Shown in pieces: positions 18,180 through 27,461 of a stretch of 64,000 bases of DNA. This DNA comes from Patescibacteria group bacterium (lineage in GTDB: Bacteria; Patescibacteriota; Minisyncoccia; 2-02-FULL-40-12; GWA2-44-9). The position numbers and the translations under genes were made by a program. Numbering within the stretch: the first letter of the stretch is position 1; the number at the start of each line of letters is the position of its first letter. The notes under the pieces are model-generated. The model had not been told where the DNA came from. It saw only the letters and a list, made by a program, of their open reading frames with translations, and ran no database searches. Location of the stretch: the NCBI GenBank assembly GCA_038061995.1, contig JBBTYA010000001.1, positions 10,441 through 74,440 on the forward strand, read 5' to 3'.

Positions 18180-18212
18180 GGGGCTCCGACACATCGGAGC
18201 CCCTCTTTTATT
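18180..18212 (+). terminator. Rho-independent terminator (+ strand)
   Basis: Stem ggggctccg acacat cggagcccc followed by tcttttatt. Confidence 0.45.
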
Positions 18213-18229
18213 ACTCCAAAACGCGGGAA

Positions 18230-18258
18230 TTGACAGTTGTTATAAAAGACAGTATACT
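18230..18258 (+). promoter_or_regulatory. Sigma70-like promoter (TTGACA, 17 nt, TATACT) heading a ~300-nt ORF-less unit that ends at the 18531-18573 terminator
   Basis: Sequence TTGACAgttgttataaaagacagTATACT. Confidence 0.4.
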
Positions 18259-18530
18259 CTTTTTAGCACTTTTCATCCGTCATCCCCATCGCCCCCCCAC
18301 GCAGGTTTCAGCAATCTTCGTGGGGCCAGCCCCTTTTGACTCCTAAAGGGCCGATTCGTGTGCATAGTCTTTCTCCAGGCAAAGGTGCACACGCCATGCA
18401 GCCGTCCGAAGGTCGGCAAAGAAGGAATCGAGAGAGCCCCCTCTCTTGAACGTCTCTGCATGGTCCCGCTGATGCGCAAAGCAAACGCATCAGACCTCCT
18501 TTCGCGGCGCTTGCCGCACGTCGCCGTTCG

Positions 18531-18573
18531 CCCCTCGTGTAATCCGGGATATCACGAGGGGCTTTTTCTTTTT
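18531..18573 (+). terminator. Rho-independent terminator (+ strand)
   Basis: Stem cccctcgtg ... cacgagggg followed by ctttttcttttt. Confidence 0.45.
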
Positions 18574-19555
18574 ATAAACTCGACACCTTCACGGGCACCA
18601 ATGGCCACGGACCCCAATTCCCTTTCGTGAGGATGCCTTTCTTTGCACCGAATTCAGTAACTACCGATGATGCATTTGCAGTGCCAAACTGAATCGCTTT
18701 TGCGATATCTCCAGAGCGCGCATATTCACATACAAACCCAGAGCTGAAGGCATCACCCGCCCCCGTGCGCTCCACTACCGGCGATGCGGGCACGCTCGCT
18801 GTATATACTTTTTTCCCATCAGAGACAGAAACGCCGTTCGGCCCTTTCGTGAGTACAAAAATACCGTCGATGAGGCGATCCATAGTTTCAAAAATGTCTT
18901 TCTCGTTTTGATATGGGATGCCCAAAAAATCAGCAGCTTCTTCTTGATTCATAATCACCACGGAAAAGTGTTTCAGCAGTGGCTTAAGCTTTTCTAAACC
19001 ATGCGCAAGCTCTTTTCCGCCCGGATTGATGGCGAGCTGGATCTTATTGTCACGCGCCCAGAGCGTCGTTGTTTCGAGAACTTCCCAGCTTCCGCCTAGA
19101 CTACTTACAAATGCCCACGTAGATTGAAGGCGGTCGTAGGGAATACCCACGGTTGTGAAGTGTTGCCCCTCACCCTTGTAGGAAAGAATGGTGCGCTCTC
19201 CGTCTTCGTTTACGAGCACCACAGAATAAGCGGTCATGCCATCGTCGTGAGTCAGCACATATTTCGGATCCACGCCTTCTTTGCGCAACACATCAAGAAT
19301 ATCTCGGCCGTTCGCATCATGCCCCACCACGCCAATAAACGCCGTGTTCAAACCTTGACGCGCAAACGTAACTGCCGTGTTCGTTCCCCCACCACCAGAA
19401 GCGAGAACGATCTCGGGTACTTCAATTTTTGAGCCAAGACCAAATGCAAGCCCCCGCTTTTCGGGAAATGCGTCGTTCTGTATTATGAGCGGCGAACGAA
19501 GCTTTAGAAAAGTATCTTGTGTTGCGGATCCAAATACAATGATGTCGTACTGCAT
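18572..19555 (-). CDS. PfkB-family carbohydrate kinase (ribokinase-like)
   Basis: GAGDAF motif near the C-terminus and the ribokinase-like fold signature (DIIVFGSATQD..., GGGGTNTAVTFARQG). Confidence 0.8.
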   Translation of the reverse strand: MQYDIIVFGSATQDTFLKLRSPLIIQNDAFPEKRGLAFGLGSKIEVPEIVLASGGGGTNTAVTFARQGLNTAFIGVVGHDANGRDILDVLRKEGVDPKYVLTHDDGMTAYSVVLVNEDGERTILSYKGEGQHFTTVGIPYDRLQSTWAFVSSLGGSWEVLETTTLWARDNKIQLAINPGGKELAHGLEKLKPLLKHFSVVIMNQEEAADFLGIPYQNEKDIFETMDRLIDGIFVLTKGPNGVSVSDGKKVYTASVPASPVVERTGAGDAFSSGFVCEYARSGDIAKAIQFGTANASSVVTEFGAKKGILTKGNWGPWPLVPVKVSSL

Positions 19556-19557
19556 GA

Positions 19558-20178
19558 TTAAGAAAAGTCTGAAAGTGCTTTAAGGGGATCCTCGCTATGC
19601 ATAATATAACTACCGCATGCGGCTTCCGCGCATCCTGCTTCAGAAAGCGTTTTCACGGTTTCTGGCGTGACGCCACCATCAGCCATCAGCGGCATGTGCG
19701 TGTGCGCCTTATGGAATACGGCGATGCGCTCTACTACCTGCGGGAGAAACGGGGCTCCATATGTCCCGGGATGCACGGTCATAAACTGGACTCCCTGCGC
19801 ATGCATCACCAGTTCTTCGTGTGTAGCGGTGTCGGTGTCAGGATTGAACGCAATCCACGGCCGCTTCCCTGATTCTACCACGCGAGCGATGAGCGCAGAG
19901 GATATATCTGTTGACTCTGCGTGCATGATGATGCGGTCCGTGCGCGTTGCGAGCCATGCGGCAAGAACATCACTCACGTGAGAGACCATGAGATGCACAT
20001 CAATCGCAACGCCTTCGGGGATGCATGCGATCTCCTCAACGCCTCGCACAGTGTGCGTAGGAACCAGTGTGCCATCAGCGATATCAATGTGGATACGCTG
20101 GGTATGCCCCGCTACGTTGCCCCACAACTGCTGAAACTCTTCAGGGCTCTGCGCGAGAATGGCTGGGATAATAATCAT
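19558..20178 (-). CDS. rpe: Ribulose-phosphate 3-epimerase-like protein
   Basis: IHIDIADGTLVP, MTVHPG and MADGGV motifs of the RPE TIM-barrel family. Confidence 0.7.
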   Translation of the reverse strand: MIIIPAILAQSPEEFQQLWGNVAGHTQRIHIDIADGTLVPTHTVRGVEEIACIPEGVAIDVHLMVSHVSDVLAAWLATRTDRIIMHAESTDISSALIARVVESGKRPWIAFNPDTDTATHEELVMHAQGVQFMTVHPGTYGAPFLPQVVERIAVFHKAHTHMPLMADGGVTPETVKTLSEAGCAEAACGSYIMHSEDPLKALSDFS

Positions 20179-20593
20179 GAAAGTTTCGCGATGCGTCGCA
20201 CATGACGTGCATCGCCAGAAAATGGCGTTTCTAAAAAGGCCTGAACATACGTGATTGCCTCTTCTTGGGTCATACTATCTGCGCCAAGCGCGAGTGCGTT
20301 CACGTCGTCATCGGTGCGCATTTCTCGCACATGCTCGAGCGAGCGCGGCAAACCACAGCGGATATGTGGCGCACGGTTGAGTGCAATATCCATACCGACT
20401 CCCGTACCACAGAGGGCAATGATGCGATCATCTGTTCCCGCTTTTTCACGGGCGAGAATGGCGAAATCGGGATAATCATCATCTTTATTCAACTCTTTGG
20501 CGCCAAGATCTTCAAACGCAATATTCTGCTTGTGAAGCCACGCAGAAATCGCATCTTTCAATAAAAATCCACGATGATCTGCAATGAGATAGA
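20175..20593 (-). CDS. rpiB: Ribose-5-phosphate isomerase B (RpiB/LacAB family)
   Basis: IALCGTGVGMDIALNR motif. The ATG at 20593 (MLYLIADHRGF) was preferred over the track start at 20648. Confidence 0.8.
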
Positions 20594-20599
20594 GCATGG

Positions 20600-21523
20600 T
20601 TATGATTGCCGATTGAGATACTGAACCGCAGTAAGCGCTGCGATGCACCCCTGTCCAGCCGCAATGACAATCTGGTTAAACGGCACATTCGTCACGTCAC
20701 CTGCCGCAAAAAGACCAGAAACGTTTGTAGCACAATGCGCATCAACAACAATCTGCCCGATAGCATCCTTTTCTACTTCAGAAGGAACAACTGAAGAATT
20801 CGGGATGTTGCCAATGTGCACAAAGACTCCTTCTACGTCGAGTACGTGCTCCACGCCTTCCGCATCTTTATATGCGAGGTGCTTTACAAATTGGTCTCCC
20901 TCAATACGTGTGGTGAGCGCATTATACAGTATGGTTACGTTCTGCTTCTTTTGCAGGTTCTCAATGAGCATCTGATCCCCCTTAAAAGCGGTGTTCTTAT
21001 TGATAACGTACACATGCGATGCAATATCAGCGAGCATGAGGGCAGATTCAAGCGCGGAGTTCCCTCCACCAACAGTTGCGGTGATTTTGCCACTAAAAAT
21101 GGGGCCATCACACGTGGTGCAATAGCTTACTCCCTTATTACGAAATTCCTTTTCTCCGGGCACTCCCAGCTCGCGAGGATGGACGCCCGTAGCTACAATC
21201 ACCGCGCGAGATTGGAAAGAAAGCGCCTCGTCGCCTCGCTTGGCGCTTACGGTAAAAATACCATCGGTGCCCTTTACAATACTTTCAACCAGTACACCGT
21301 CTTCTGTAGGAGCCTTATAGAAATCAAGGTGATCCTTAAATTGCTTGGCGAGCGCAAAGCCATCGGTTTGTTGCACGCCGGGCCAGTTACCGACCTCGCC
21401 GGATGTTGCCACCTCGCCGCCAAATTCCTTTGCCACCACTACAAAGTTTAAACCGCGACGAGCCGCATAAATACCCGCAGTAATAGCCGCCGCCGAACCG
21501 CCAATAATCGTTAAATCTCGCAT
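20600..21523 (-). CDS. trxB: Thioredoxin-disulfide reductase
   Basis: FAD and NAD(P) Rossmann motifs (IIGGSAAAITAGIYAARRG, GGGNSALE), the redox motif CTTCDGP, and FAAGDV. Confidence 0.85.
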   Translation of the reverse strand: MRDLTIIGGSAAAITAGIYAARRGLNFVVVAKEFGGEVATSGEVGNWPGVQQTDGFALAKQFKDHLDFYKAPTEDGVLVESIVKGTDGIFTVSAKRGDEALSFQSRAVIVATGVHPRELGVPGEKEFRNKGVSYCTTCDGPIFSGKITATVGGGNSALESALMLADIASHVYVINKNTAFKGDQMLIENLQKKQNVTILYNALTTRIEGDQFVKHLAYKDAEGVEHVLDVEGVFVHIGNIPNSSVVPSEVEKDAIGQIVVDAHCATNVSGLFAAGDVTNVPFNQIVIAAGQGCIAALTAVQYLNRQS

Positions 21524-21559
21524 AGTAATGCCAGTATAGCATAGTGCTTAATATATCTT

Positions 21560-21696
21560 AAGAATACGAGATGTTGTTCTGGAGAGCCTCTCGGAGCCCG
21601 AACCGCTCGGACGAGCGAAGCTCGGGTGAGGGCGAGAGGGAGTGCTCTTGCTCGCAGGAAGCAAGAGACACGTGCTCGGAAGAACAATGTCTCGTA
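21560..21696 (+). repeat. Structured repeat family, copy B. It has 21-22-bp inverted arms (aagaatacgagatgttgttct / agaacaatgtctcgtattctt) plus a U-run, and sits in the 5' leader of the glutaredoxin gene.
   Basis: Core gagcctctcggagcccgaaccgctcgg...gggtgagggcgagagggag...gctcttgc tcgcaggaa gcaagagac. Confidence 0.55.
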
Positions 21697-21741
21697 TTCT
21701 TTTTTGTTGTCGCTGGCCCAGTTGTGCTATACTCGTTACCT

Positions 21742-21975
21742 ATGCCAAAGATCACTATTTATTCAACCCCCTGGTGTGGCTACTGCAAGCAAGCAAAAGA
21801 GTATTTCCAAACAAAAGGATGGGAGTTTACTGAAAAAGACGTGCAGGCAGACACTGTCGCTCGCGAAGAGATGATCAACAAAACCGGCCAACTTGGCGTT
21901 CCGGTCATTGATGTCAATGGAAAGATAATCATCGGCTTTGATCGCCCGAAAATCGATCAATACGCCGCATCGTAA
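21742..21975 (+). CDS. Glutaredoxin-like protein (NrdH/Grx family, CGYC active site)
   Basis: The translation MPKITIYSTPWCGYCKQAKEYFQTKGWEFTEKDV...GVPVIDVNGKIIIGF. The start was placed at the internal ATG. Confidence 0.75.
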   Translation: MPKITIYSTPWCGYCKQAKEYFQTKGWEFTEKDVQADTVAREEMINKTGQLGVPVIDVNGKIIIGFDRPKIDQYAAS

Positions 21976-21978
21976 CCC

Positions 21979-22587
21979 ATGTCTCAAGAACCTAAACCAC
22001 TTCCCTACACCTCTTTGGATGGAATTTCAGAAAAGACACTCGCGATCCACCACGATAAGCTGTATGCGGGATACGTTGCGAAGCTCAATGAAATTCTTCC
22101 TAAGTTTAAAGAGCTGCGTTTGGCGGGCAAGTTACAAGGAAATGCGACATATAGCGAACTTCGGGCCCTTAAGGACGCGGAAACATTTGCAACCAATGGA
22201 GTCTACCTACATGAGTGGTATTTTGATGGTCTCGGTGGTTCCGGGAACCCAGCCGAAGCACCAGAGCTCTCAAAAGCATTAACCGAAAAATGGGATTCAA
22301 TCGAGGTAGCGATAAAATCTTTTTCGGAATGCGCGATGGCCGCGCGAGGCTGGGCCGTACTGGCATGGGATACAAAAGTTGGACGCCTCAAACAGTATAA
22401 CGCTGATGCCCACAACCAGGGCGGCATCTGGGGCTGTTTGCCTATTATTGTGCTCGACGTCTACGAACACGCCTACTTCATCGACTACGGTTCAGATAAA
22501 GCAGCGTATATTGCAGCCTTCTGGAAAAACTTCAATTGGAAAGTTGCCGAGGAGCTCTACGTAAAAGCCCGCGACATCCGCCTATAA
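21979..22587 (+). CDS. sodA: Fe/Mn superoxide dismutase
   Basis: KLYAGYVAKLN, LHEWYF and DVYEHAYFIDYG motifs of the Fe/Mn-SOD family. Confidence 0.85.
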   Translation: MSQEPKPLPYTSLDGISEKTLAIHHDKLYAGYVAKLNEILPKFKELRLAGKLQGNATYSELRALKDAETFATNGVYLHEWYFDGLGGSGNPAEAPELSKALTEKWDSIEVAIKSFSECAMAARGWAVLAWDTKVGRLKQYNADAHNQGGIWGCLPIIVLDVYEHAYFIDYGSDKAAYIAAFWKNFNWKVAEELYVKARDIRL

Positions 22588-22589
22588 GC

Positions 22590-23987
22590 TTAGCGCCACG
22601 TGCTCAACCACATGCGCGCAGAGAATGTCTGCTCACTAAGGGGTAATCCATAGGTGATGGGCGCAAAATAGACAAATACGATACACGCAAGCACGCCAAG
22701 CGCCACGAGTGTGCGGCGCGATATGTTCGCCTTATCACACACATACCCCATCGCCAGAAGTGCGAAGAGTAACGCAGGGAAATAGTGGTACAAGAACATG
22801 ACGCGCGAAATTCCCACAAACGGCAACAATGAAATGCCGTAGCCAGCCACAATAAAGAGTGCGGGAAATGTGCGCTGTTGGGGATCTCGTAACGTAAAGA
22901 AAAGGAATAAGATCGCCGTACTACTTCCCCACCACACGATAGGATTACCTACCAAATAAATCTTGTGCTGCTCGCCGGGACGGTCACTCGTCTGCTGATC
23001 GCTGTTCCAATAAAAAATACTGCGTGTCATGAGTGGCCACGAGTACCACGGGCTTCCGTAGGGATGCGTGGCAGTAAGGCGCGCGTTCGCACGATACATT
23101 TCGATATTGAGCTCAACAATGCTTGCCAGCATGCCCTTCGGTGTCAGCGTTGGGTCCTCTGATGCTGCGTTTCCTTGAAGGCGTGCCTGAAATTCACGGC
23201 TCATGAACGCATCGCCCGGGCCAGTATTCGGGAGGAGTGAAAGGTGCACCCAAAAGATAGCCGCGTAGAGCGCAACCGGAACAACAGTAAAGAATGAAAG
23301 ATCCCGAAACGAAAGTGCACGTTCCTTGCTGGCAACCAGCACACCCTCCGCCTTCGCCCGCCATAGCTGGCTTCGGCGGACACAGTCCGCAAGAAGCGCG
23401 AGCAGTAAGAATGCGCCACCGGTCCATTTGATTGATGCGGCTAAGGCACCAAAGATACTCATGCCCACGATAAAGCGCCATTGTGTAGTCTGACGGAAAC
23501 GAAGATACATGCAGAGCGTCAAGATGCCAAAGAGGAGCAAGAACGCATCTAAGAGGATAAACCGAGACTGCACCACCAGCGCGCTTTCAACCGCCGCGGC
23601 CACCCCCACAAGCGCGGCGTAGGGAGTGCGTATACCTAACAGGCGTGCGAGCCAAAAAAGCGCGAGCGGAATGAGTGTGCCCGCAAGCGTGGGAAGAAAA
23701 CGAAGTGCTTTGTATGAATCGTCGGGATAGGCATCCCCAATATTGGCGAAGCCAAACTCTGGCTTAAAGCCAGCAAGCTTCCCGAATCCTGCGATGAGCA
23801 GCTTCCCCAGTGGTGGGTGAATGTCGAAGTAGTACTCACCTGTTGCATAGCCAGAGATGAATTTTCCAAAATGCACCTCATCAAATACGGTTTCATTCGG
23901 CGCCCCAAACATGAACCAATGCGTTGCAATGCTCAGGAGGGCAATGAGCGCGAGCGCGCGTTTGTCGGTTATCATGTAACGCATCAT
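22590..23987 (-). CDS. Dolichyl-phosphate-mannose-protein mannosyltransferase (PMT/GT39) family membrane glycosyltransferase
   Basis: DEVHFGKF and HPPLGKLLIAG motifs with multiple TM segments. The start was placed at MMRYM (23987). Confidence 0.7.
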   Translation of the reverse strand: MMRYMITDKRALALIALLSIATHWFMFGAPNETVFDEVHFGKFISGYATGEYYFDIHPPLGKLLIAGFGKLAGFKPEFGFANIGDAYPDDSYKALRFLPTLAGTLIPLALFWLARLLGIRTPYAALVGVAAAVESALVVQSRFILLDAFLLLFGILTLCMYLRFRQTTQWRFIVGMSIFGALAASIKWTGGAFLLLALLADCVRRSQLWRAKAEGVLVASKERALSFRDLSFFTVVPVALYAAIFWVHLSLLPNTGPGDAFMSREFQARLQGNAASEDPTLTPKGMLASIVELNIEMYRANARLTATHPYGSPWYSWPLMTRSIFYWNSDQQTSDRPGEQHKIYLVGNPIVWWGSSTAILFLFFTLRDPQQRTFPALFIVAGYGISLLPFVGISRVMFLYHYFPALLFALLAMGYVCDKANISRRTLVALGVLACIVFVYFAPITYGLPLSEQTFSARMWLSTWR

Positions 23988-24061
23988 AGCGTGGAGTGCG
24001 TTCTGTATGCAAGAAAAAGGCCCGCGCCCACACAAGGTGGACACGGGCTGGTGGTGGAGCG

Positions 24062-24769
24062 CTACGCGGCGACCGGCTTTTCTTCCGCACGCGGAAGCTC
24101 GAAGATGAGATAGCGGCCGGGCCCCCAAGACGCGTTGTATTTCAAGTCCTGGAACCAGATCTCGCCAGACATGTGGCGATACATGATCATGAACAGAGAG
24201 TTGCTCAGCGGTTCCGAGGCGATGGTGTGGGATGGCTCCTGGTAGATGGGCCCCGTGTAGTTCTTGTGCGTCATGAGCGCAAGCGCGACCTCTGGCCTAC
24301 AGGGGCGCAAGCCCAGGCGCACCGCACGCTCCAACACTTCCGCATATGAGCGCTGACTCATCCCACGACACCCCAGGCGCGTGCTGCCAACGAGCATGAG
24401 ATCGCATGGCGTCGACTCGGTCGCGATCGGGATGGACTCGAGCGCCGAAAGAGCGGTGGCCAAGATGCAATCACCACGGCCCATGGCTTTCAGGGCGGCC
24501 CGATACTCTCCGAGGCTTTGGTATTCGCCCAGAGTGACGGTCATCCAGACCTCAGGCTTGAGCGTGATCTGAGGCAGCCTGAGTGCGGTGCGAACCGCAT
24601 CCCGCGTCCAGCCATCGATCTCGTCCCAGGGCTTGTCCACTTCCATCAGATCCGTGAGGATGCCGGAGCTCTTCAGGTCCTGCAACCAGTCGCCACTCCT
24701 GTTGCGTCTCTCCAACGTCTCGAGGGCATCTCTGATCTGCTTACCGGAAACGTCTTTCGAAGGGTCCAT
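24062..24769 (-). CDS. Hypothetical protein
   Basis: 235-aa ORF with no recognised motifs. Confidence 0.35.
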   Translation of the reverse strand: MDPSKDVSGKQIRDALETLERRNRSGDWLQDLKSSGILTDLMEVDKPWDEIDGWTRDAVRTALRLPQITLKPEVWMTVTLGEYQSLGEYRAALKAMGRGDCILATALSALESIPIATESTPCDLMLVGSTRLGCRGMSQRSYAEVLERAVRLGLRPCRPEVALALMTHKNYTGPIYQEPSHTIASEPLSNSLFMIMYRHMSGEIWFQDLKYNASWGPGRYLIFELPRAEEKPVAA

Positions 24770-24830
24770 AGGGACTCCTTATATCTACTCTCTTGTGAGG
24801 TAGCACGACATGCTAGCGGACCACCGCGGT

Positions 24831-24880
24831 GATAGTCATAGCCACAAATGTTCGGAAAAGCGCTTGTGGCTATGACTATC
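24831..24880. promoter_or_regulatory. Perfect 17-bp inverted repeat with a 16-nt loop, in the divergent promoter region upstream of tgt; a candidate operator
   Basis: Arms gatagtcatagccacaa and ttgtggctatgactatc. Confidence 0.4.
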
Positions 24881-24994
24881 GCGTGGAGATATGGCAAAGA
24901 ACTAATGGGCACAGGTATACAGGAAATAGAGAAAAACGGCAAGCTGTCACCCCTTTCCTTTTCCCTTGTTTTGCAATACAATTGGAAACCATCT

Positions 24995-26323
24995 ATGTCA
25001 AGAAAGCGGCGCACCCCCACGAAAGGAACGTTCACTATTACAGCGCACGATCACCACTCCAAGGCGCGCGTTGGCATGCTCACAACGCCGCACGGCATCG
25101 TAGAAACCCCCGCGTACGTTATTGTGGGCACACGGGGCTTTGTACGCGCACTCAAGCCAACTGATATTGCAAAAACAAACACGCACCTCATCATCGCCAA
25201 TGCCTACCACTTATGGGATGCCGCCCTCACTCGCCCATCAACAAAAAACAGTACATTCCTTACACGCTCACTCAAACAATCAATCCCCACCATGACGGAC
25301 AGCGGCGGATTTCAAGTATTCTCCTTTGGGGCGGCGCGCGAACATAACGTAGGGAAAGTATTAGAGCGTCCTCGTCGAGCCGTAGGTGAAAAAAGTGCAG
25401 TGATTATTACGGAAGAGGGTGTCGCGTTTACAGATCCCACGGGTAAAGAGCGCACGTTAACACCCGAGCTCTCTATGCAGATTCAGGAAGCCATTGGTGC
25501 TGATATGATTTTTGCATTTGATGAATGCACATCGCCACTGCATAATCGCGTCCACACTCGCGACGCGATGCATCGCACCCATCGCTGGTTGCAGCGGTGT
25601 CTTACCGAAAAAATAACGCGCCCCCTCATGGAGCGTCAAATGATTTATGGCATTGTGCAGGGTGGACGTTTTCAAGATCTGCGCGCACAAAGCGCGCGAC
25701 ATGTAGGGAGCACTGCGGTTGATGGCATCGGCATTGGTGGCTCGTTTGGGAAAGAAGAAATGCGCGCGACACTCGACGCAATCATGCCACACCTCCCCGA
25801 AGAAAAGCCGCGACACCTGCTAGGTATCGGGCGCATCGAAGATATTTTTGATGCCGTTGCCGCCGGTGTTGATACATTCGATTGCGTCATCCCTACCCGC
25901 GAAGCACGTCATGGACGCATTTGGACAACGGATGGCCCTATCGATATCCGTTCTGCACGCTGGCGTGCGAGCACCGCACGCCTCTCACCTCGTTGCACCT
26001 GTCCTGCATGTGTCATAGGCACTACCCGCAGTACGCTCTGTGCACTATTCCGCCTTGATACCCACTTCCCCGCAACCGAAAGCCAGGCTCAGCGCCTGGC
26101 TACGATGCATAACATTTGGTTTTTCCAAAAGCTTGTTACGGATATGCGTACCGCAATTCGTAAAGGTACCTTTACGCAGTTTCAGAAGCGCTACCTGGCG
26201 CGCCTGCATCAGGGGCAGTCGTATCGTGCTCAGGCTTCTTCCCGCGAGCAATCCGCTCAGAGAACACGTAGTAGAACAAAATCTCTAAAATCCCGAACGT
26301 ATTCACCACCAAAAGGGCGATGA
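24995..26323 (+). CDS. tgt: Queuine tRNA-ribosyltransferase with a basic C-terminal extension
   Basis: TITAHDHHSKARVGMLTTPHGIVETPAYVIVGT, DSGGFQVFS, and the zinc site CTCPAC...H. The ATG at 24995 was chosen over the track start at 24848. Confidence 0.8.
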   Translation: MSRKRRTPTKGTFTITAHDHHSKARVGMLTTPHGIVETPAYVIVGTRGFVRALKPTDIAKTNTHLIIANAYHLWDAALTRPSTKNSTFLTRSLKQSIPTMTDSGGFQVFSFGAAREHNVGKVLERPRRAVGEKSAVIITEEGVAFTDPTGKERTLTPELSMQIQEAIGADMIFAFDECTSPLHNRVHTRDAMHRTHRWLQRCLTEKITRPLMERQMIYGIVQGGRFQDLRAQSARHVGSTAVDGIGIGGSFGKEEMRATLDAIMPHLPEEKPRHLLGIGRIEDIFDAVAAGVDTFDCVIPTREARHGRIWTTDGPIDIRSARWRASTARLSPRCTCPACVIGTTRSTLCALFRLDTHFPATESQAQRLATMHNIWFFQKLVTDMRTAIRKGTFTQFQKRYLARLHQGQSYRAQASSREQSAQRTRSRTKSLKSRTYSPPKGR

Positions 26324-26468
26324 ACCACCACTTCGCACTGAGACGGGCGGCCTTCCAAAGCGCAAGGCCTTTCCATACAAATACCCACACAAACGCCGCT
26401 AGAATGATCCAATCAAAGGAGAAAGGAAAGCTTAAGAGGCTCTCGTAGGAGAATGGGTTTTGAGTCAT
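26172..26468 (-). CDS. Small membrane protein (2 TM helices); overlaps the tgt 3' end by ~150 nt
   Basis: 98-aa ORF with two hydrophobic helices. Confidence 0.35.
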   Translation of the reverse strand: MTQNPFSYESLLSFPFSFDWIILAAFVWVFVWKGLALWKAARLSAKWWFIALLVVNTFGILEILFYYVFSERIARGKKPEHDTTAPDAGAPGSASETA

Positions 26469-26487
26469 ATTTCCTAGTATATCACAC

Positions 26488-26841
26488 TTATTCCTTTGAC
26501 AAGAGGTCTAGCTCGTGGCGAATCTCAGCAAGAATATCGGCCGGAATAGGGATCGTATCGCGCACGGGGCTGACCCCAGGATAGCGCCACGCGGTGATGA
26601 CCACCTTTCTCCCCCTCATGGAGTCTTGTCGATACATCACCCAGATCTCTGTTGGCTTTTTAGGAGTCCCCGCCTTCTGCATAACGCCTACCGCCCCCGG
26701 GACTACACTCTCTTCCATACGTGCAGGAGAACGCATCACCCGTTTCACGCGATCAGCCGAAAGCGCATAGTGCTGCATCTTGCGCACCACGTGTGCCGTC
26801 CATCGATATTTGGCATCATTTTTAGGAAGATTAAAACGCAT
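26488..26841 (-). CDS. Hypothetical protein
   Basis: 117-aa ORF. No family was recognised. Confidence 0.35.
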   Translation of the reverse strand: MRFNLPKNDAKYRWTAHVVRKMQHYALSADRVKRVMRSPARMEESVVPGAVGVMQKAGTPKKPTEIWVMYRQDSMRGRKVVITAWRYPGVSPVRDTIPIPADILAEIRHELDLLSKE

Positions 26842-26842
26842 A

Positions 26843-27361
26843 CTACCACTCTACCCCTTTTACTCCCTTTTTTCCGTCTTGATAGGGATGTTTTATTTCT
26901 TTTATCTCACTCACAATATCAGCACGATCAATTAGTGATTGCGACGCATCGCGACCTGTGAGCATAAGATCCATGCCCTTGGGGAGCGCATCGACAAGAG
27001 CTTCAACTTCTGCGAGTTCAAGGAGTCCGAGCGCGAGCGCGTTGTGTACTTCATCTAAAATAAGCATGTCCCACGCACCGCTTTCCATTTCTGTGCGCGC
27101 GAGTGCAAGACCGGCGCGAGCGGCTTCAATATGTTCTTCACGCGGTAGCGTATCTCCTAAGATACCTACAAACCCCTTCCCTGTTTTTATGATTTTAAAA
27201 TCGGGCGCAAGGCGTTGAAATGATTCGTCTTCACCCGAGCGCCATGGTCCTTTAATAAACTGCACCATGAGCACTTTGCGGCCATCGCCAACGGCGCGCA
27301 ATGCCTGCCCCAGCGAGCTTGTGGTCTTGCCCTTTCCATTCCCCGTAATGAGCAAAATCAT
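26843..27361 (-). CDS. cobO: Cob(I)yrinic acid a,c-diamide adenosyltransferase (CobO/BtuR family)
   Basis: MILLITGNGKGKTTSSLG P-loop and DEVHNALALGLL motif. Confidence 0.75.
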   Translation of the reverse strand: MILLITGNGKGKTTSSLGQALRAVGDGRKVLMVQFIKGPWRSGEDESFQRLAPDFKIIKTGKGFVGILGDTLPREEHIEAARAGLALARTEMESGAWDMLILDEVHNALALGLLELAEVEALVDALPKGMDLMLTGRDASQSLIDRADIVSEIKEIKHPYQDGKKGVKGVEW

Positions 27362-27461
27362 GTGCCGCAATCCTAGCATAGAGCCCACAAACGGTCACGA
27401 AAAAAGAAACGGCTCCGCCCACTATGAGTGGACGAGGCCTTCACGTACACCGGCGCAGGCT

